Assembly: GCA_018399285.1 (NCBI GenBank)
Contig: JAGYOW010000014.1
Span: forward strand, 3,331 to 67,330
Length of the DNA: 64,000 nucleotides
Direction of reading: 5' to 3'
Source of the DNA: Desulfotignum sp.
GTDB taxonomy: Bacteria; Desulfobacterota; Desulfobacteria; Desulfobacterales; Desulfobacteraceae
Made by a program: the position numbers and the translations under genes. The notes beneath the pieces are model-generated. The model made no database searches, had not been told where the DNA came from, and saw only the letters and a list, made by a program, of their open reading frames with translations. This document shows positions 45,016-56,493 of the stretch, piece by piece; position 1 is the stretch's first letter; every line of letters begins with the position of its first letter.

Positions 45016-45100
45016 GCCCCTGGTGGGGGTACCTTGCTGACGGACTGTCGGAGCCACTCCGTGGATTCCAGGCCGGCAGCAAGGTACCTCCTCCGGGGGC
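45016..45100 (+). repeat. Palindromic intergenic repeat, copy 3
   Basis: GCCCCTGGTGGGGGTACCTTGCTG...CAGCAAGGTACCTCCTCCGGGGGC. Confidence 0.9.
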
Positions 45101-45196
45101 GGCATTCTACAATCCGATTTCAACTTTGGGTTGACAAGTCCAGAGAAGTATGTTTTCTGACCAGGAACCGACCCTGTTTTCGACGAACAGATATAT

Positions 45197-46405
45197 ATGA
45201 ATATGCCCGCTGAAACACCCCCATACATCCAAAAAAGTGGAAGGAGATCCCCCATTCTGATGAACCCTTTTTTTGATCCCGTTATCGACCGGACCCATAC
45301 CCATTCCATGAAATGGGAAAAATATGAAGGCACAGACATTTTGCCCATGTGGGTGGCGGACATGGACTTCAAAGCCCCGCCGGCAGTGCTGGCAGCACTG
45401 ACAAAAGTCATCGATCACGGGGTCCTGGGATATACCCTGGTTTCCCGGGATCTGAACCGGATTGTGGCAGACCGGCTCACAACCCTGTACGGCTGGGCCG
45501 TTGAACCGGACTGGCTGGTATGGATTCCCGGTGTGGTGTCGGGCCTGAATGTGGTGTGCCGGGCCTTTGGAAAACAAGACCAGCCCCTTGTCACCACCAC
45601 GCCCATTTATCCGCCGTTTCTGTCGGTATCCGACCATTGCGGCAAGCCGTTGATCACCCTTCCCATGATCCGGGAATCCGACCGAACCACCCTGGATTTT
45701 GATGCCCTGGAACGCATGTTCCAAACCGGTCCGGCGGTTTTTTTATTCTGCAGCCCTTACAATCCCTGCGGGACCCTGTTTACCCGGGAGGAACTTGAAC
45801 ATCTGACAACCCTGTGTGAGACCTATGACATACTTTTGTGCAGTGATGAAATCCACAGTGATTTCGTACTGGACCCGGAAAACCGCCACATTCCCACAGC
45901 GTCTTTGTCCGAAACAGCTGCCCAAAGAACCATCACCCTGATGGCACCTTCCAAAACCTATAACATTCCGGGGTTGGGATGTGCCTTTGCCGTGATTCCA
46001 AATGCCGAGCTCAGAACCCGGTTCAACGCGGCCTGCAAAGGCATTGTTCCATCTGTGAACCTGATGGGGCTTGCCGCGGCAAAGGCAGCGTATGAAGCCT
46101 GTGATGACTGGCTTTCCCAGCTTGTTTCCTACCTGGCTGAAAACAGAAACACAGTGGTGAAACAAATCAACGAACTGCCCGGGTGCCATCTGGATCCCAT
46201 TGCAGCCACGTATCTGGCCTGGATCGATGTCAGGGAAACCAGGCTCACAGATCCGGTCCGTTTTTTTGAAGAACACGGGGTCGGACTGTCTGATGGATCT
46301 TTTTTCGGATCTCCCGGATTTGTCCGGCTCAATTTCGGATGTCCGGCGACTGTTCTGGAAAAAGGACTGGGCCGAATGGCACAGGCATTGAAAAGGCGTG
46401 CATGA
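45197..46405 (+). CDS. patB: PatB/MalY-family C-S lyase (cystathionine beta-lyase)
   Basis: LPMWVADMDF, CSPYNPCG, SDEIHSD, APSKTYNIPGL and FVRLNFGCP. Confidence 0.9.
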   Translation: MNMPAETPPYIQKSGRRSPILMNPFFDPVIDRTHTHSMKWEKYEGTDILPMWVADMDFKAPPAVLAALTKVIDHGVLGYTLVSRDLNRIVADRLTTLYGWAVEPDWLVWIPGVVSGLNVVCRAFGKQDQPLVTTTPIYPPFLSVSDHCGKPLITLPMIRESDRTTLDFDALERMFQTGPAVFLFCSPYNPCGTLFTREELEHLTTLCETYDILLCSDEIHSDFVLDPENRHIPTASLSETAAQRTITLMAPSKTYNIPGLGCAFAVIPNAELRTRFNAACKGIVPSVNLMGLAAAKAAYEACDDWLSQLVSYLAENRNTVVKQINELPGCHLDPIAATYLAWIDVRETRLTDPVRFFEEHGVGLSDGSFFGSPGFVRLNFGCPATVLEKGLGRMAQALKRRA

Positions 46406-46416
46406 TGAATTTTTTC

Positions 46417-46445
46417 TTGACTTAACACCTTCATATTTCTATAGT
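46417..46445 (+). promoter_or_regulatory. sigma70-type promoter of the liv operon
   Basis: TTGACT-17 nt-TATAGT. Confidence 0.55.
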
Positions 46446-46516
46446 TATGCAATTTTCAAACAAAAATGCAGGTTTCGTTAAAAAATTTAAGTTAACCTAA
46501 ACAAAGGGAGTAGAAC

Positions 46517-47600
46517 ATGAAAGCTTTTTTTAAGTGCCTCACCGTCGGGGTATTGTCTATGATGCTGTTTGCCGCACCCGGGTTTGCCAGTGATACCATA
46601 AAAGTCGCCAATGCCGGTGCACTTTCCGGAGATTTGGCACCCTACGGCATTTCCGCCCTCAGGGGGGTTGAAATGGCGGTTGAAGACATCAATGAACAGG
46701 GCGGTATCCTGGGGAAAAAAGTCGAACTGATGCTCGGAGACGATGTGTGCAAACCGGAAGTGGCAGTCAACGTGGCCACCAAACTGGTATCTGACGGCGC
46801 CCAGATGGTTGTGGGCCATGTCTGCTCCGGCGCCACCATTGCTGCCAACAAAATTTACAAAGATGCCGGTATTATCCTGATTTCCAGTTCTGCCTGACGA
46901 TCTGATACCTGACCGGCGAGAGCATCAATTTTTTCAGAACCATTTTCCAATGACGGTGCCCAGGCCACGCTGATGACCGATTTTGCAAATGGGCAAGATT
47001 AAAAAGTGGCCTGATCCATGACAAAGGCGACTATGGTAAAGGCAGATGGAACTGGCCAGATCGCGTTTGAACATATGGAGCATTGATCGTGCTGTTCAAG
47101 GGCGTGACCACCGGCGTAGTTCTCAGCCATTATACCAAAATCAAACGCTCCGGTGCGGAACTCGTCATGTGGGGCGGGTATCATTCCGATGCGTCAAAAT
47201 CGTCATGCTGAAAAGAAACGCGTGGATACGCTTTCATGGGCGCGGACGGCATCTATGGGACAGCCCTGCCCAATCTGGCCGGCGAATTTGCCGAAGGCGT
47301 CATGCCACCGGCCCCTGATTACCTCTTCCGTCCCTGCAGACATTGACCAAAGAACGCGGGAAAAATACAGGGAAGGCCAGGTACCTTTAAGTACCAGTTT
47401 TACCTGCATGCAGTCACCTGGCAACCGCCGCTGAAAAAACCGGCACCGTCAGAATATATGACGCCATGCGGGCCGCCATGTTCGACATCACGGTGGATTC
47501 TCCCATGGGTCCCATCGGATTTGACAAAAACGGCGACCATTTATCGGCGCGGGTTTTTCCGTATACCGCGTGATTGACGGAAAGCCAGCAGGTCAACTAA
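46517..47600 (+). CDS. Branched-chain amino acid ABC transporter substrate-binding protein (frameshifted after about 46.9 kb)
   Basis: Signal peptide, GALSGDLAPYG, DDVCKPEVA and VVGHVCSGAT. Confidence 0.88.
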
Positions 47601-47619
47601 CGGTTCATCTCTTTGAAAA

Positions 47620-47657
47620 ACAGGAGCCGGATCCCCGACGGATCTGCGCTCCTGTTT
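47620..47657 (+). terminator. Intergenic hairpin after the binding-protein gene
   Basis: ACAGGAGC.GGATC...GGATCTGCGCTCCTGTTT. Confidence 0.5.
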
Positions 47658-47702
47658 ACCCGAAAACTTGCGCCAAACCGAAGACGTTCAGGATGAAACA
47701 TC

Positions 47703-48648
47703 ATGCGTTGGATTAGTATATTGCTGGGTCTGTCCGGCACCGGGGCCGTGGGCTTTTTGCTGTCCGGGAAATTATCGTACCCATCGTATTTTTGAACTGG
47801 TCTGGGCGGCTTGACCGCGCGGCGGTATTGCGCCCTGATCATGCGGGGATACCCACCATGGTATACGGCATCATTCAGCTGATCAATTTCGCCCATGAAA
47901 TCTACATGATCGGTGCCGTGGCGCTGATCGTGGCCACGGTTCTGGGAATGTGGGGGTGGAACACGGCGGTGATCGTCATTCTGGCGCTTGTATTTGCCAT
48001 TGTCTATTCCTGTGCCTATGGGTTTACGGTGGAAAAAATCTTAAACCGTTGCGAAACGCACCACGTCTGTCCGCGTTGATATCGGCCATCGGCATGAGCC
48101 TGTTTCTGCAAAACTACGTGATGCTGGCCAGACACCCGATTATCTGCGCAGAGCTGATACCGGATTTTAAATTCTGGGAGCCCTTGCCCATGTTATCACG
48201 TCGTGAAATCACCATCATCATCACCACGGTGATCGTCATGATCCTGCTGGGCCTGCTCATCAAATTCACCCGGATCGGCAAAGCCATGCGGGCCACGGCC
48301 CAGGACAAGGTCATGGCGGCTCTTTGGGAATCAATGTCAACAACGTCATCGCCACCTTTGTGGTGGGGTCAGCCACAACAGCCATCAGCGGGGTGCTCAT
48401 TGCCTGCCATGTGGGCAGATCAATTTTATATCGGATTTCTGGCCGGGCTCAAAGCCTTTATCGCGGCTGTTTTGGGCGGTATCGGTTCCATACCGGGCGC
48501 GGTGCTGGGATCACTGGTTCTGGGTATTTCCGGCTTTTCTGGGTGGCGCTGCAGGCGAATACGAGGATGTGTTTGCTTTTACCATTCTGGTGGTAATTCT
48601 GATTTTCCGCCCATCGGCATCACGATTCGCCGATGCCCAGAAGTGTAA
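47703..48648 (+). CDS. livH: Branched-chain amino acid ABC permease LivH (frameshifted)
   Basis: TMVYGIIQLINFAH, IGKAMRATAQD and LKAFIAAVLGGIGSIPGA. Confidence 0.85.
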
Positions 48649-48659
48649 TTTGGATTCAG

Positions 48660-49870
48660 GTGACAACTTGTGCCGATTAAACAACAAGCTCAAACGGAAA
48701 TCTTTGATCATCGCCTTCTGGTTTCATGATCCTGACCTTTCCCATCATGGTGATCAAAGGTCAGCACGATCCAGAAGTTACCATTGTTTCGAAGTAGGTT
48801 CGACTATAGCAGGGTGAAGCGTTCCTCACATTTTTCTCTGGTGGCCAGTTTATTTTTCTGACGTATGGAAACAACAAGAAAAGGATTTGAAGGTTCCTGA
48901 TCATGGCTGCTAATGGGGCATTCTGGACATTTCAGGCTGGTGTTTTTTTTTCATTTGCCTACCAGTTTTGTTTATTCCCATGTATCACCTCCAGTCGCGA
49001 CGTATCGACTGCTGATGTATGTCAGTGCTGGAGCTGGAGACTCAACATAATGATGCAGAACTATAATGAGCTGCTGGATCTGGATATCGTAGTTCTCTTG
49101 CGGTGGAACCTTTCGCCTTCTGCTGGTTACCATTTGAACTCAACTACCTGGATAATTACACCGCCATATCACTTATGCTTCCAGACCTTTATTCAGATAT
49201 CATGCTGGAACATCCAGCCTTTCAAATCAGAGAGGATGCACGTATCAGTGATACTGGGTTGGAGATCATCCGGATCGTTCTGGAAAGCGGAACGATTTTC
49301 AACAAGCTTTTACCAGAGGCGTTACAGCAATTCCGCCTCTTACACTATTTTTGGACATCATTTGGTCAGGAAAATACTGTGATCTTATTATTTTCCATTG
49401 TGATCTTTGGTGCTCATGACCATCTTTTTATTAACCATCTAGAAGAAGCTCAAGATCGACATGGGCGCTGGATAAATCTGAGGATGATGAGATCACCTGC
49501 CGGGGCCGTAAAATCGGCATTAAAATTCCAAGATAAACTCTTTACGTTTTGCATTGATTTCCACATGAAGGTGCCATGGCGAAAGGTGATCTGCCGCTTT
49601 CAAAACACCACATATCAACCGTAATCGCTACCATCTGGAGTCATCACCATCTTGTAGTGGTGGTCGGCGGCATAGGATCAGCCATCGATACATCAGTGCG
49701 AATTTGCTGATGCTGGATCATTACGCTGGACCATTACCATGGGCCGTGGCGGTCTGAGATAACGGTGATCTGGGCGCTCAGAATATCGTCTGTGGTATTC
49801 AAGCGGACAGGCTGATCAAAGAAAGCGTTCGCGGAAGTCATATACGTTGAAACATCACAGAGATTAGCCG
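48660..49870 (+). CDS. livM: Branched-chain amino acid ABC permease LivM (severely corrupted)
   Basis: Operon position and residual fragments (LNI.....LLDL, LEIIRIVL). Boundaries are approximate. Confidence 0.5.
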
Positions 49871-49899
49871 GAAAAAATAAATCCCGTGGAACCACATGC

Positions 49900-51370
49900 C
49901 AACGTTCGAAACGACCATGAGGAGATTTCAGGGGGTCTCAGGCCACTGGATGGAAATAAACCATTAACCAATTGAAAAGACGAAGTGCGACCACCTAAAT
50001 GAAATACAACGATTTTGGAAAAACTGTTTGCCTCGCTGTATCTCGGATCATGAATCTGCATGAATGTTGTGCGGAATCACTTCGCCGGGAAATCCACCAG
50101 GGAGCCTGCGGGGACTCGACTGGTCATGTCACGGAAGAAGCATTGCGGGACATTTTCCCGGTGTCAGCTGTTCCACCAACATGAGCAAAGTGCTGGAAAA
50201 TGTGAATGATCCGGCCCGGCGCCTTGTCTATCTTCCCGATAATAATCCAAAACCATGCTCCAGCCTGCCAATAGGCGGAAGAAAAGCGATGTGTAGCGAT
50301 AGCCGGGTTCTGGAAAAATCAGGTCTGTGGTTTTAATTGTGGACAGATAGCGGTGAACCTGCCTTCCTGGGGCCAGCGCCGTCGCGAATCGCCCAGACCA
50401 TGGCTGGAACTCTCACTCCCTCGCTTCCGGATGAACCAGCGAAGCCGGCGTGAATCCAGAAACCGGAGCTGGATAATGATTCTTGCCGGGACAATGAAAC
50501 CTGACGTCTCACTCGTCGAGCGTGTTTGTGGAGAAGCGGATAGCCTGAGCTGTCCCGAATGGGTTCTTTGATGGATTCACGACAAAAATCAGCTGAGAAG
50601 GCAGCCCGCGGGAAATCAAGGACCGGCTGAGCGTCGTCAAAGCTATCTACGGAAAATCCGGCGATAAGCGAGCTCGTAACATCCGCCTATTGCAGGCGAT
50701 ATCATGCCTCAAAGAGACGTTGACGCATCGAAATGGCGGGAAGGAGGAGGTATTTCTCTGATCGGTGCCAACGGCGCCGGAAAATCTATCTACGCCACAT
50801 TGATGAGCGACACACAGATTATATCGCCAAAAAAGGCTAATTGAATATTGGCGGAATAATATCGCCTATCTGCTGATGAGCGCCATCAAGAAGGGATCGC
50901 CCGGATGCGGGAATGGCGAAATATTCACACCTATCTGTGTGGGCGAGATCTGGAAATCGGGCGCGTTTCTGCTGTCGATATAAGGACCAGAGATCAAACA
51001 GGATTTCCGGATTATCATGTATGAACCTGTTTTCCATCGACATTAATAAGCGGAACGACCCGGCGACGCGTTGGGCGGCAGGGTAACAGATGCATGACCA
51101 CCTCCAGGGCGCTGATGTCCACGGCAAAGATCTGCTGCTGGATGAGCCGTCATGGGCGCGGCCCTGCATCGTGGTGAAGCAGATTTTCTCCATCGTTGAA
51201 GATCAATCAGGAGGAACGGAACACCATCTTCCATCGTGGAACAGGGCATGATCCTGGCGTTGAGAAGCGTACACCGGGATGTATCGTGGAACGGACAGAT
51301 CACCGTGACCGTTACCGATTACTGCCAATCTACTAATAACGAGGGACGTGAAAAACCTGCCTCCCGAAGG
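49900..51370 (+). CDS. LivG and LivF ABC ATPases (severely corrupted, two genes)
   Basis: Residual SLIGANGAGKS Walker A near 50760 and LLLDEP near 51135. Confidence 0.5.
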
Positions 51371-51379
51371 GATCTAAGA

Positions 51380-51805
51380 CTACAGCTCTTTTCGAGGGTT
51401 GATACGATTCGCACGTTGAGATCTAGCTGTGAAAAAGACAGCATCAATGGATCACATCACCGATGAATAAATGCGGTTACTTTGCAATACATAAATGTCA
51501 CAGATCCGGTTGGCCAGTGCCAGGCCGATACCCCGGCCCATGTAATCCGGATGCACCCCGATGGCCATGATCCAGGCACTTTTCCGGATACCGAAACCCG
51601 CATACAGGGTGGTGGAGATCATGTACCCCACGACCTTATTGTTCAATTCCGCGGCCAGGCTGGTGGTGCCGTTTCCGTCAGACGCCTGTTGCTTCACCAG
51701 CTTGAGAAAATCAACATTGGCATCCTGCGGTGAGATGGCGGCACGGATATCTTCTATGGCCTGGGCATCCTCCAGGCGGATTTCTCTGATGATCGGTTCT
51801 TCCAA
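51380..51805 (-). CDS. GNAT-family N-acetyltransferase (3' end corrupted)
   Basis: IGVHPDYMGRGIG acetyl-CoA-binding motif. Confidence 0.85.
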
Positions 51806-51818
51806 AACATCCTCCCTG

Positions 51819-52013
51819 TTATTCTACTTTGATAATTTTGACCGTATGACCCACCCAGTTGGGCGGCAGATATATTCTGCCACTGTTGCCGGAGGATTTC
51901 ACTTCTTTTTCAATCATTTCCTCTCCGTAGACCTCGAATTTAACTCTGGCCTGAGGAACCGGTTTGGTCTCTTCCGCCGCCAATGGGGTTTCGGTTTGAT
52001 TTTTATCAGTCAT
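51819..52013 (-). CDS. DUF2080-family small protein (AbrB-like fold suspected)
   Basis: KFEVYGEEMIEKEVKSSGNSGRIYLPPNWVGHTVKII. Confidence 0.75.
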   Translation of the reverse strand: MTDKNQTETPLAAEETKPVPQARVKFEVYGEEMIEKEVKSSGNSGRIYLPPNWVGHTVKIIKVE

Positions 52014-52225
52014 TTAATATCCCGTTTTTGATGAAAAAGATTCTTTGCTGTCTTTTGATCTTGTAAAAAACAGCCCGACCATTTCATTACAAAAAAGACC
52101 ATATATTGTTTTCTTTTTTTTTTCAACTTCAACTCATGAAAGGGCCTGATAAAAAAAGCACAGACAGCATGGAAAAATTTTTCCCCGCACTGCCTGTGCT
52201 TCAGATAAAGATGACAAAACAATTT

Positions 52226-53131
52226 CTAAATCAAAGGATTATACACCGCTGTTTTCATAATAAGGTACCGGATGGCCAGATCTCCCGCCAGAACAGATGC
52301 CAGGCGCAGGAAAACCAGAAATCCATTGGTGCTGCCGCCCCACATGATCAATGTGAAAATCAGGGGCAGAAGCATTGCCAGAACGCCCACACCAATGTAA
52401 GTGACCCGTTTGAGATCGCCTTCCAGCATCTTTTTAACGGATATTTTTGCCACGTCACTCATATGCCATGTGCCCCAGGCATAAAGCCCGATGCACAGAA
52501 TATAGATCAGAAAAAACGTGGCCGCCCAGACTTCCATGCCGGAAACCACCGTGGCATTTCCGGAAAGAGCGAACAAAAGCTGAAGCAGCTGGTGGCCCAC
52601 CCAGATCCCGGAAATGATGGACAACGGCAGCACAACAGTGGAACTCCAAGCCGGCAGGGCACGAACCACATTCATGGTGGCAAACCCGTGGGAAATGATC
52701 AGCAGACATAAAATGCCCATGATGAAATTGAACACCATATTAAATCCGCCCGGAGTGATCATCTGCAAAAATCCCAGAACGGCAAACACACCGATGATCC
52801 ACATGCCCCGGGACAGTTCGGACGTATTGGGCTTCATGAGCATACGCCAGGCCCGTTTGGGATTGCCCAGATACAGCACGTGAATCACCCCGCCCAATAT
52901 CAGCGTGATCAACCAGCCGATCACAATCCCGGGCCGGAAACTGTAAAACAGAGACATGAAATACAGGCCGGCACCGATTTCAGAGAAAAAGAACGCCAGC
53001 CAGAGAAAAATACCTTTTTCATCGATCCACTGCCGCTGACGGGTCGGACTGATCATCCACTCATAGGGTTTGATCCCGGAGCCATCGGACGGAAACATGG
53101 TTTCAACCAGATTTTGGTGATTATCATTCAT
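52226..53131 (-). CDS. NrfD/DmsC-like membrane anchor (PadD-like)
   Basis: Multi-TM protein; LYLGNPKRAWRML..PNTSELSRG; follows the Mo subunit. Confidence 0.8.
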   Translation of the reverse strand: MNDNHQNLVETMFPSDGSGIKPYEWMISPTRQRQWIDEKGIFLWLAFFFSEIGAGLYFMSLFYSFRPGIVIGWLITLILGGVIHVLYLGNPKRAWRMLMKPNTSELSRGMWIIGVFAVLGFLQMITPGGFNMVFNFIMGILCLLIISHGFATMNVVRALPAWSSTVVLPLSIISGIWVGHQLLQLLFALSGNATVVSGMEVWAATFFLIYILCIGLYAWGTWHMSDVAKISVKKMLEGDLKRVTYIGVGVLAMLLPLIFTLIMWGGSTNGFLVFLRLASVLAGDLAIRYLIMKTAVYNPLI

Positions 53132-53143
53132 GGATATACCCTC

Positions 53144-55762
53144 CTAATTTACTTTATAAATCTTGACAGCAACCGCAGTCTCCATGTTACCGGCTACCGG
53201 GTCGAAATATTTGAGTTTGGACGGCAGCAGTTTACAGAAATTGGCGCCTTTGCCTTTGGCAATGGGCCGTCCGTCCGCCCACAACCCACCCTGGCCGGCA
53301 ATACCGATCACCTTGGGACTCTGGGCTTCCATGGTTTTGACAATGCCATTTTCCTTGACCCCGTATTTATTTTCAATGCAGATGATATCTCCATCCTTGA
53401 ACCCCCGTTCCTTTGCCATGGTGGTGTTCAAAGTGATGGTAAAGGTATAGGGACACATCTGGGAGACCTCATCCACATACGGATTCTGGAACGTGGTATT
53501 GTTGGTGTGCAGAATATCTCGATAAGAAAATGCCAGCAGGTCATATTCATCATCCAGATCCTTGTGGGATTCAGGCCAGAACCAGGAGGGCAGGGGCGTA
53601 TACTGGTCCATATCCATTTCAAGCTTCTTGTAGTCGAAACCGGTTTCCTCAAAGATCTTTTCCATATTTCGTCTGTCATGGATCAGATATTCCATGTACA
53701 CCGGGCATCTGGAATCGATTTCCCACCGCCAGTAGACATCTTCAATGGGTTTGTGCCAGGTGGCGTATCCCTGTTCCTCGATTTTTTCCTTGTCAGGCCC
53801 GTACACCCATCTGAGAACCCGTTCCCCGATCTCTTTCCAGGTCAGTTTTTCACCAGGCTTGATCTGAAGTTCCGGATCCTCGATCCGGTAGTAATCATTG
53901 AGCTTGGCGTTGAACTTGTCCAACACGCCCACCCGATGGGCCACCTCCAGGTATACATCCATGAAGAACCGGGATTCGCCGATGGGTTTGGCCACCGGTT
54001 TCTGCAGATGCACATACCAGTCTTCATAGGAAGGCGATCCGGAAAAAAAGAACGCATCGATCTCCGAAGACCAGCAGTCTTTTTCCAGATAGGACACATC
54101 CGGCAGGATCAGGTCGCCAATGGCCTGATCGGTTTCATTGATCCACAGATCGTTTTGCACCACAAAGCAGTCCTTGAAATTCTTCACTGCCGTATCCCAG
54201 TCGGAATTACTGATGACAAAATTGGCGGAAATACCGAAAATCATCTCAGGCTTGGCTTTCATGCCCAGTTTTTCATGAATGTAATCCACTTCTTCCACAT
54301 AAGGAATATGGGACAGGGTACAATGGGTCCACACATCCACGCATCCCATGTTGGTGGCGGGATAGCTGGGCGCATGCACGGGCCAGGGATCATGGGAATA
54401 GAACACGGACGGAACGATCACACCATCGGTTCCCACTTTACAGGTCTGCTCATAATGACCGCCCGGATAGGCCCGGCGAATGGCCGGCCATCCCAGGGTG
54501 CCGCCGGGAACATCTTCAGCCCCCACCAGCTGGGCCATCAGATCAATGGCCGCCACCTGATGGATCCCGTTGGTATGACCCTGGGATCCCCGGAACGTGA
54601 CCGAAGACACCGGCCGGTAAGGAAAGGTTTTGCCTTCAATGGTGATGGTGGACCCGATCTGCGCGTTGTCCACCCAGCCCTTGGCCACTTCCAGAATCTT
54701 GGCGGCCGGGACGGTGGAAATTTCTGAAGCCCATTCAATGGTAAACTGTTTCAAATGCTCTTTAAACGGTACAAAGCTGGGGCGTACTTTTTCTCCATTG
54801 TATTCATACTCACCGTCCAGGGCCAAATCTTCCCAGGCGGCGGAGTTATCATCATATTCCTTGACCTCGCCGGCTTTGGTGTCATACACCAGCGGTTTAT
54901 TGCTTTTTTCGTGACGCATGTAGGTACCGTCTTCCTTGATCAGGTAGACGAAATTGGTCTTGGCTTTCAGATACAGCTCATCCATTTCCCCGCGCATGTT
55001 CACGATATAATTGGCAATGGCAAGCCCCACTGCCGCATCTGTTCCCGGCAGAATGGCCAGCCATTCCGTGGCCTTGCCCCCGGCAAAGTTACCCATGGGA
55101 TCGAACACGATCTCCTGGATGCCTCTTCGCACGGCATCGGCCCTGAGCCTTGCGTTGGTCATGGCAGAATGTCCGGAGCCCGTGCCTTTGCTGGAACCCC
55201 ATTTGAGCACGTATTTGGTGTACCGCCAGTCAGGTGCAATGGACCAGGCCCCGTGAATCAGGCCCCCCAGCATATGGCAGGCGTTTCCGCAGTGCAGGCT
55301 GCCGCCGCCGATGATGAAGTTACCGTTGTTTTTAACACCAAACGCCTGGGCATAAAAATAGGGATGGTTGTGCGGCCCGTCTGACGCCCGCATGGTCTGA
55401 TTGGTGAACAGAATCTTGTTGGGATCATCTTCCATGATCTTTTTCATCTTGGTGGTGATGATGTCATAGGCTTCTTCCCATTCAATCTCTTTCCACTTGG
55501 GATCCACCCCAATCCCTTTTTCCGGATTGGTCCGCAGCATCGGTTTCTTGATCCGGTTGGGGTCATGGTAGTACATGAGACCGGCCACACCTTTGCCGCA
55601 CAGACCGGCACCGGTACCGCCCATGGTGGTCTCTTTGATGCCCTCGATTTTCACCGGCACCCCGTTCACCACCCGCACTTTGGCTCCGCATCCGCAATAG
55701 CAGACACCACAGGTGGTATTTACCCATTTGTCTTCCCAAATTTCATCTGTCTTATAGGTCAT
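53144..55762 (-). CDS. Molybdopterin oxidoreductase catalytic subunit, probably phenylacetyl-CoA:acceptor oxidoreductase (PadB-like)
   Basis: TTCGVCYCGC...LCGKG [4Fe-4S] motif, PGTDAA and DLILPDVSYLE; no Tat signal. The substrate is inferred from context. Confidence 0.75.
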   Translation of the reverse strand: MTYKTDEIWEDKWVNTTCGVCYCGCGAKVRVVNGVPVKIEGIKETTMGGTGAGLCGKGVAGLMYYHDPNRIKKPMLRTNPEKGIGVDPKWKEIEWEEAYDIITTKMKKIMEDDPNKILFTNQTMRASDGPHNHPYFYAQAFGVKNNGNFIIGGGSLHCGNACHMLGGLIHGAWSIAPDWRYTKYVLKWGSSKGTGSGHSAMTNARLRADAVRRGIQEIVFDPMGNFAGGKATEWLAILPGTDAAVGLAIANYIVNMRGEMDELYLKAKTNFVYLIKEDGTYMRHEKSNKPLVYDTKAGEVKEYDDNSAAWEDLALDGEYEYNGEKVRPSFVPFKEHLKQFTIEWASEISTVPAAKILEVAKGWVDNAQIGSTITIEGKTFPYRPVSSVTFRGSQGHTNGIHQVAAIDLMAQLVGAEDVPGGTLGWPAIRRAYPGGHYEQTCKVGTDGVIVPSVFYSHDPWPVHAPSYPATNMGCVDVWTHCTLSHIPYVEEVDYIHEKLGMKAKPEMIFGISANFVISNSDWDTAVKNFKDCFVVQNDLWINETDQAIGDLILPDVSYLEKDCWSSEIDAFFFSGSPSYEDWYVHLQKPVAKPIGESRFFMDVYLEVAHRVGVLDKFNAKLNDYYRIEDPELQIKPGEKLTWKEIGERVLRWVYGPDKEKIEEQGYATWHKPIEDVYWRWEIDSRCPVYMEYLIHDRRNMEKIFEETGFDYKKLEMDMDQYTPLPSWFWPESHKDLDDEYDLLAFSYRDILHTNNTTFQNPYVDEVSQMCPYTFTITLNTTMAKERGFKDGDIICIENKYGVKENGIVKTMEAQSPKVIGIAGQGGLWADGRPIAKGKGANFCKLLPSKLKYFDPVAGNMETAVAVKIYKVN

Positions 55763-55774
55763 ATTGCCTCCTGT

Positions 55775-56431
55775 TTAATCGATATAGTACACGGCGGGTT
55801 CAGTGCCGAATTCTTTTCTGAGTTGTTTTCCTTTTTTCTCCATGATCAGCCGGTTGATCTCACTGTTGGGATCATCCAGGTCACCGAACACTCTGGCGCC
55901 TACCGGACAGATATTGACACATGCGGGCGTGGCATCTTCATCCTTGCCAGGGGTCAGCCCTTTTTTCATGCCTTCATCCACGCGTTCCGAACAGAAGTTA
56001 CACTTGATCACGGTCCCGAGTTTAAAAGGATACAGTTTTTCCCCAATGGTTTCCATCTCGGTTTTGCCCTGTCCTGGAAAAAACTCCCGGTTTTTGGTCT
56101 TTTCATCGTAATAGGTCCGCTGCTGATATGGACAAGCCACCATACAGGCCCGGCATCCGACGCATTTGGTATCATCAACGGCCACGATGCCGTCTTCTCT
56201 GACATAGGTGGCTCCGGTGGGGCACGCCTCCACACAGGCCGCATCCTCGCAATGGTTGCACAGGACCGGATAAATCAGCTTGGAAGAGGTGGGAAACTTA
56301 CCGGTTTCTCCAATCAACACCCGGTTAAAGAACACCCCGGGCGGCAAAAAATGTTCTTCCTTGCACGCGATGGTGCATCCCCAGCAGGCAATACACCGTT
56401 TGACATCGATTACCATTCCCCATCTAGGCAT
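55775..56431 (-). CDS. 4Fe-4S subunit (DmsB/NrfC/PadC-like)
   Basis: CIACWGCTIAC, CNHCEDAACVEACP, CVGCRACMVACP and KCNFC...PACVNICP. Confidence 0.9.
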   Translation of the reverse strand: MPRWGMVIDVKRCIACWGCTIACKEEHFLPPGVFFNRVLIGETGKFPTSSKLIYPVLCNHCEDAACVEACPTGATYVREDGIVAVDDTKCVGCRACMVACPYQQRTYYDEKTKNREFFPGQGKTEMETIGEKLYPFKLGTVIKCNFCSERVDEGMKKGLTPGKDEDATPACVNICPVGARVFGDLDDPNSEINRLIMEKKGKQLRKEFGTEPAVYYID

Positions 56432-56493
56432 AGCAGCTCCTTTTCTCTTTACATTTAAAATTATGTGTTGGTATTGATCCTGTATCACGCTGC

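Noticed and set aside
17868-45100. CRISPR array or integron attC interpretation of the palindromic repeats
   Set aside because: The copies are 12-15 kb apart with no spacers, cas genes or integrase, and they lack RYYYAAC/GTTRRRY ends.
46893-46897. TGA ending the liv binding-protein ORF as possible recoding
   Set aside because: It lies at the start of an indel-rich block, is not at a Cys-equivalent site and has no in-frame continuation.
52880-54727. 615-aa plus-strand ORF
   Set aside because: It is the antisense shadow of the molybdopterin oxidoreductase, with no recognisable motifs. Other long antisense ORFs (e.g. 34994..35917, 55565..56458, 15881..16699) were rejected likewise.
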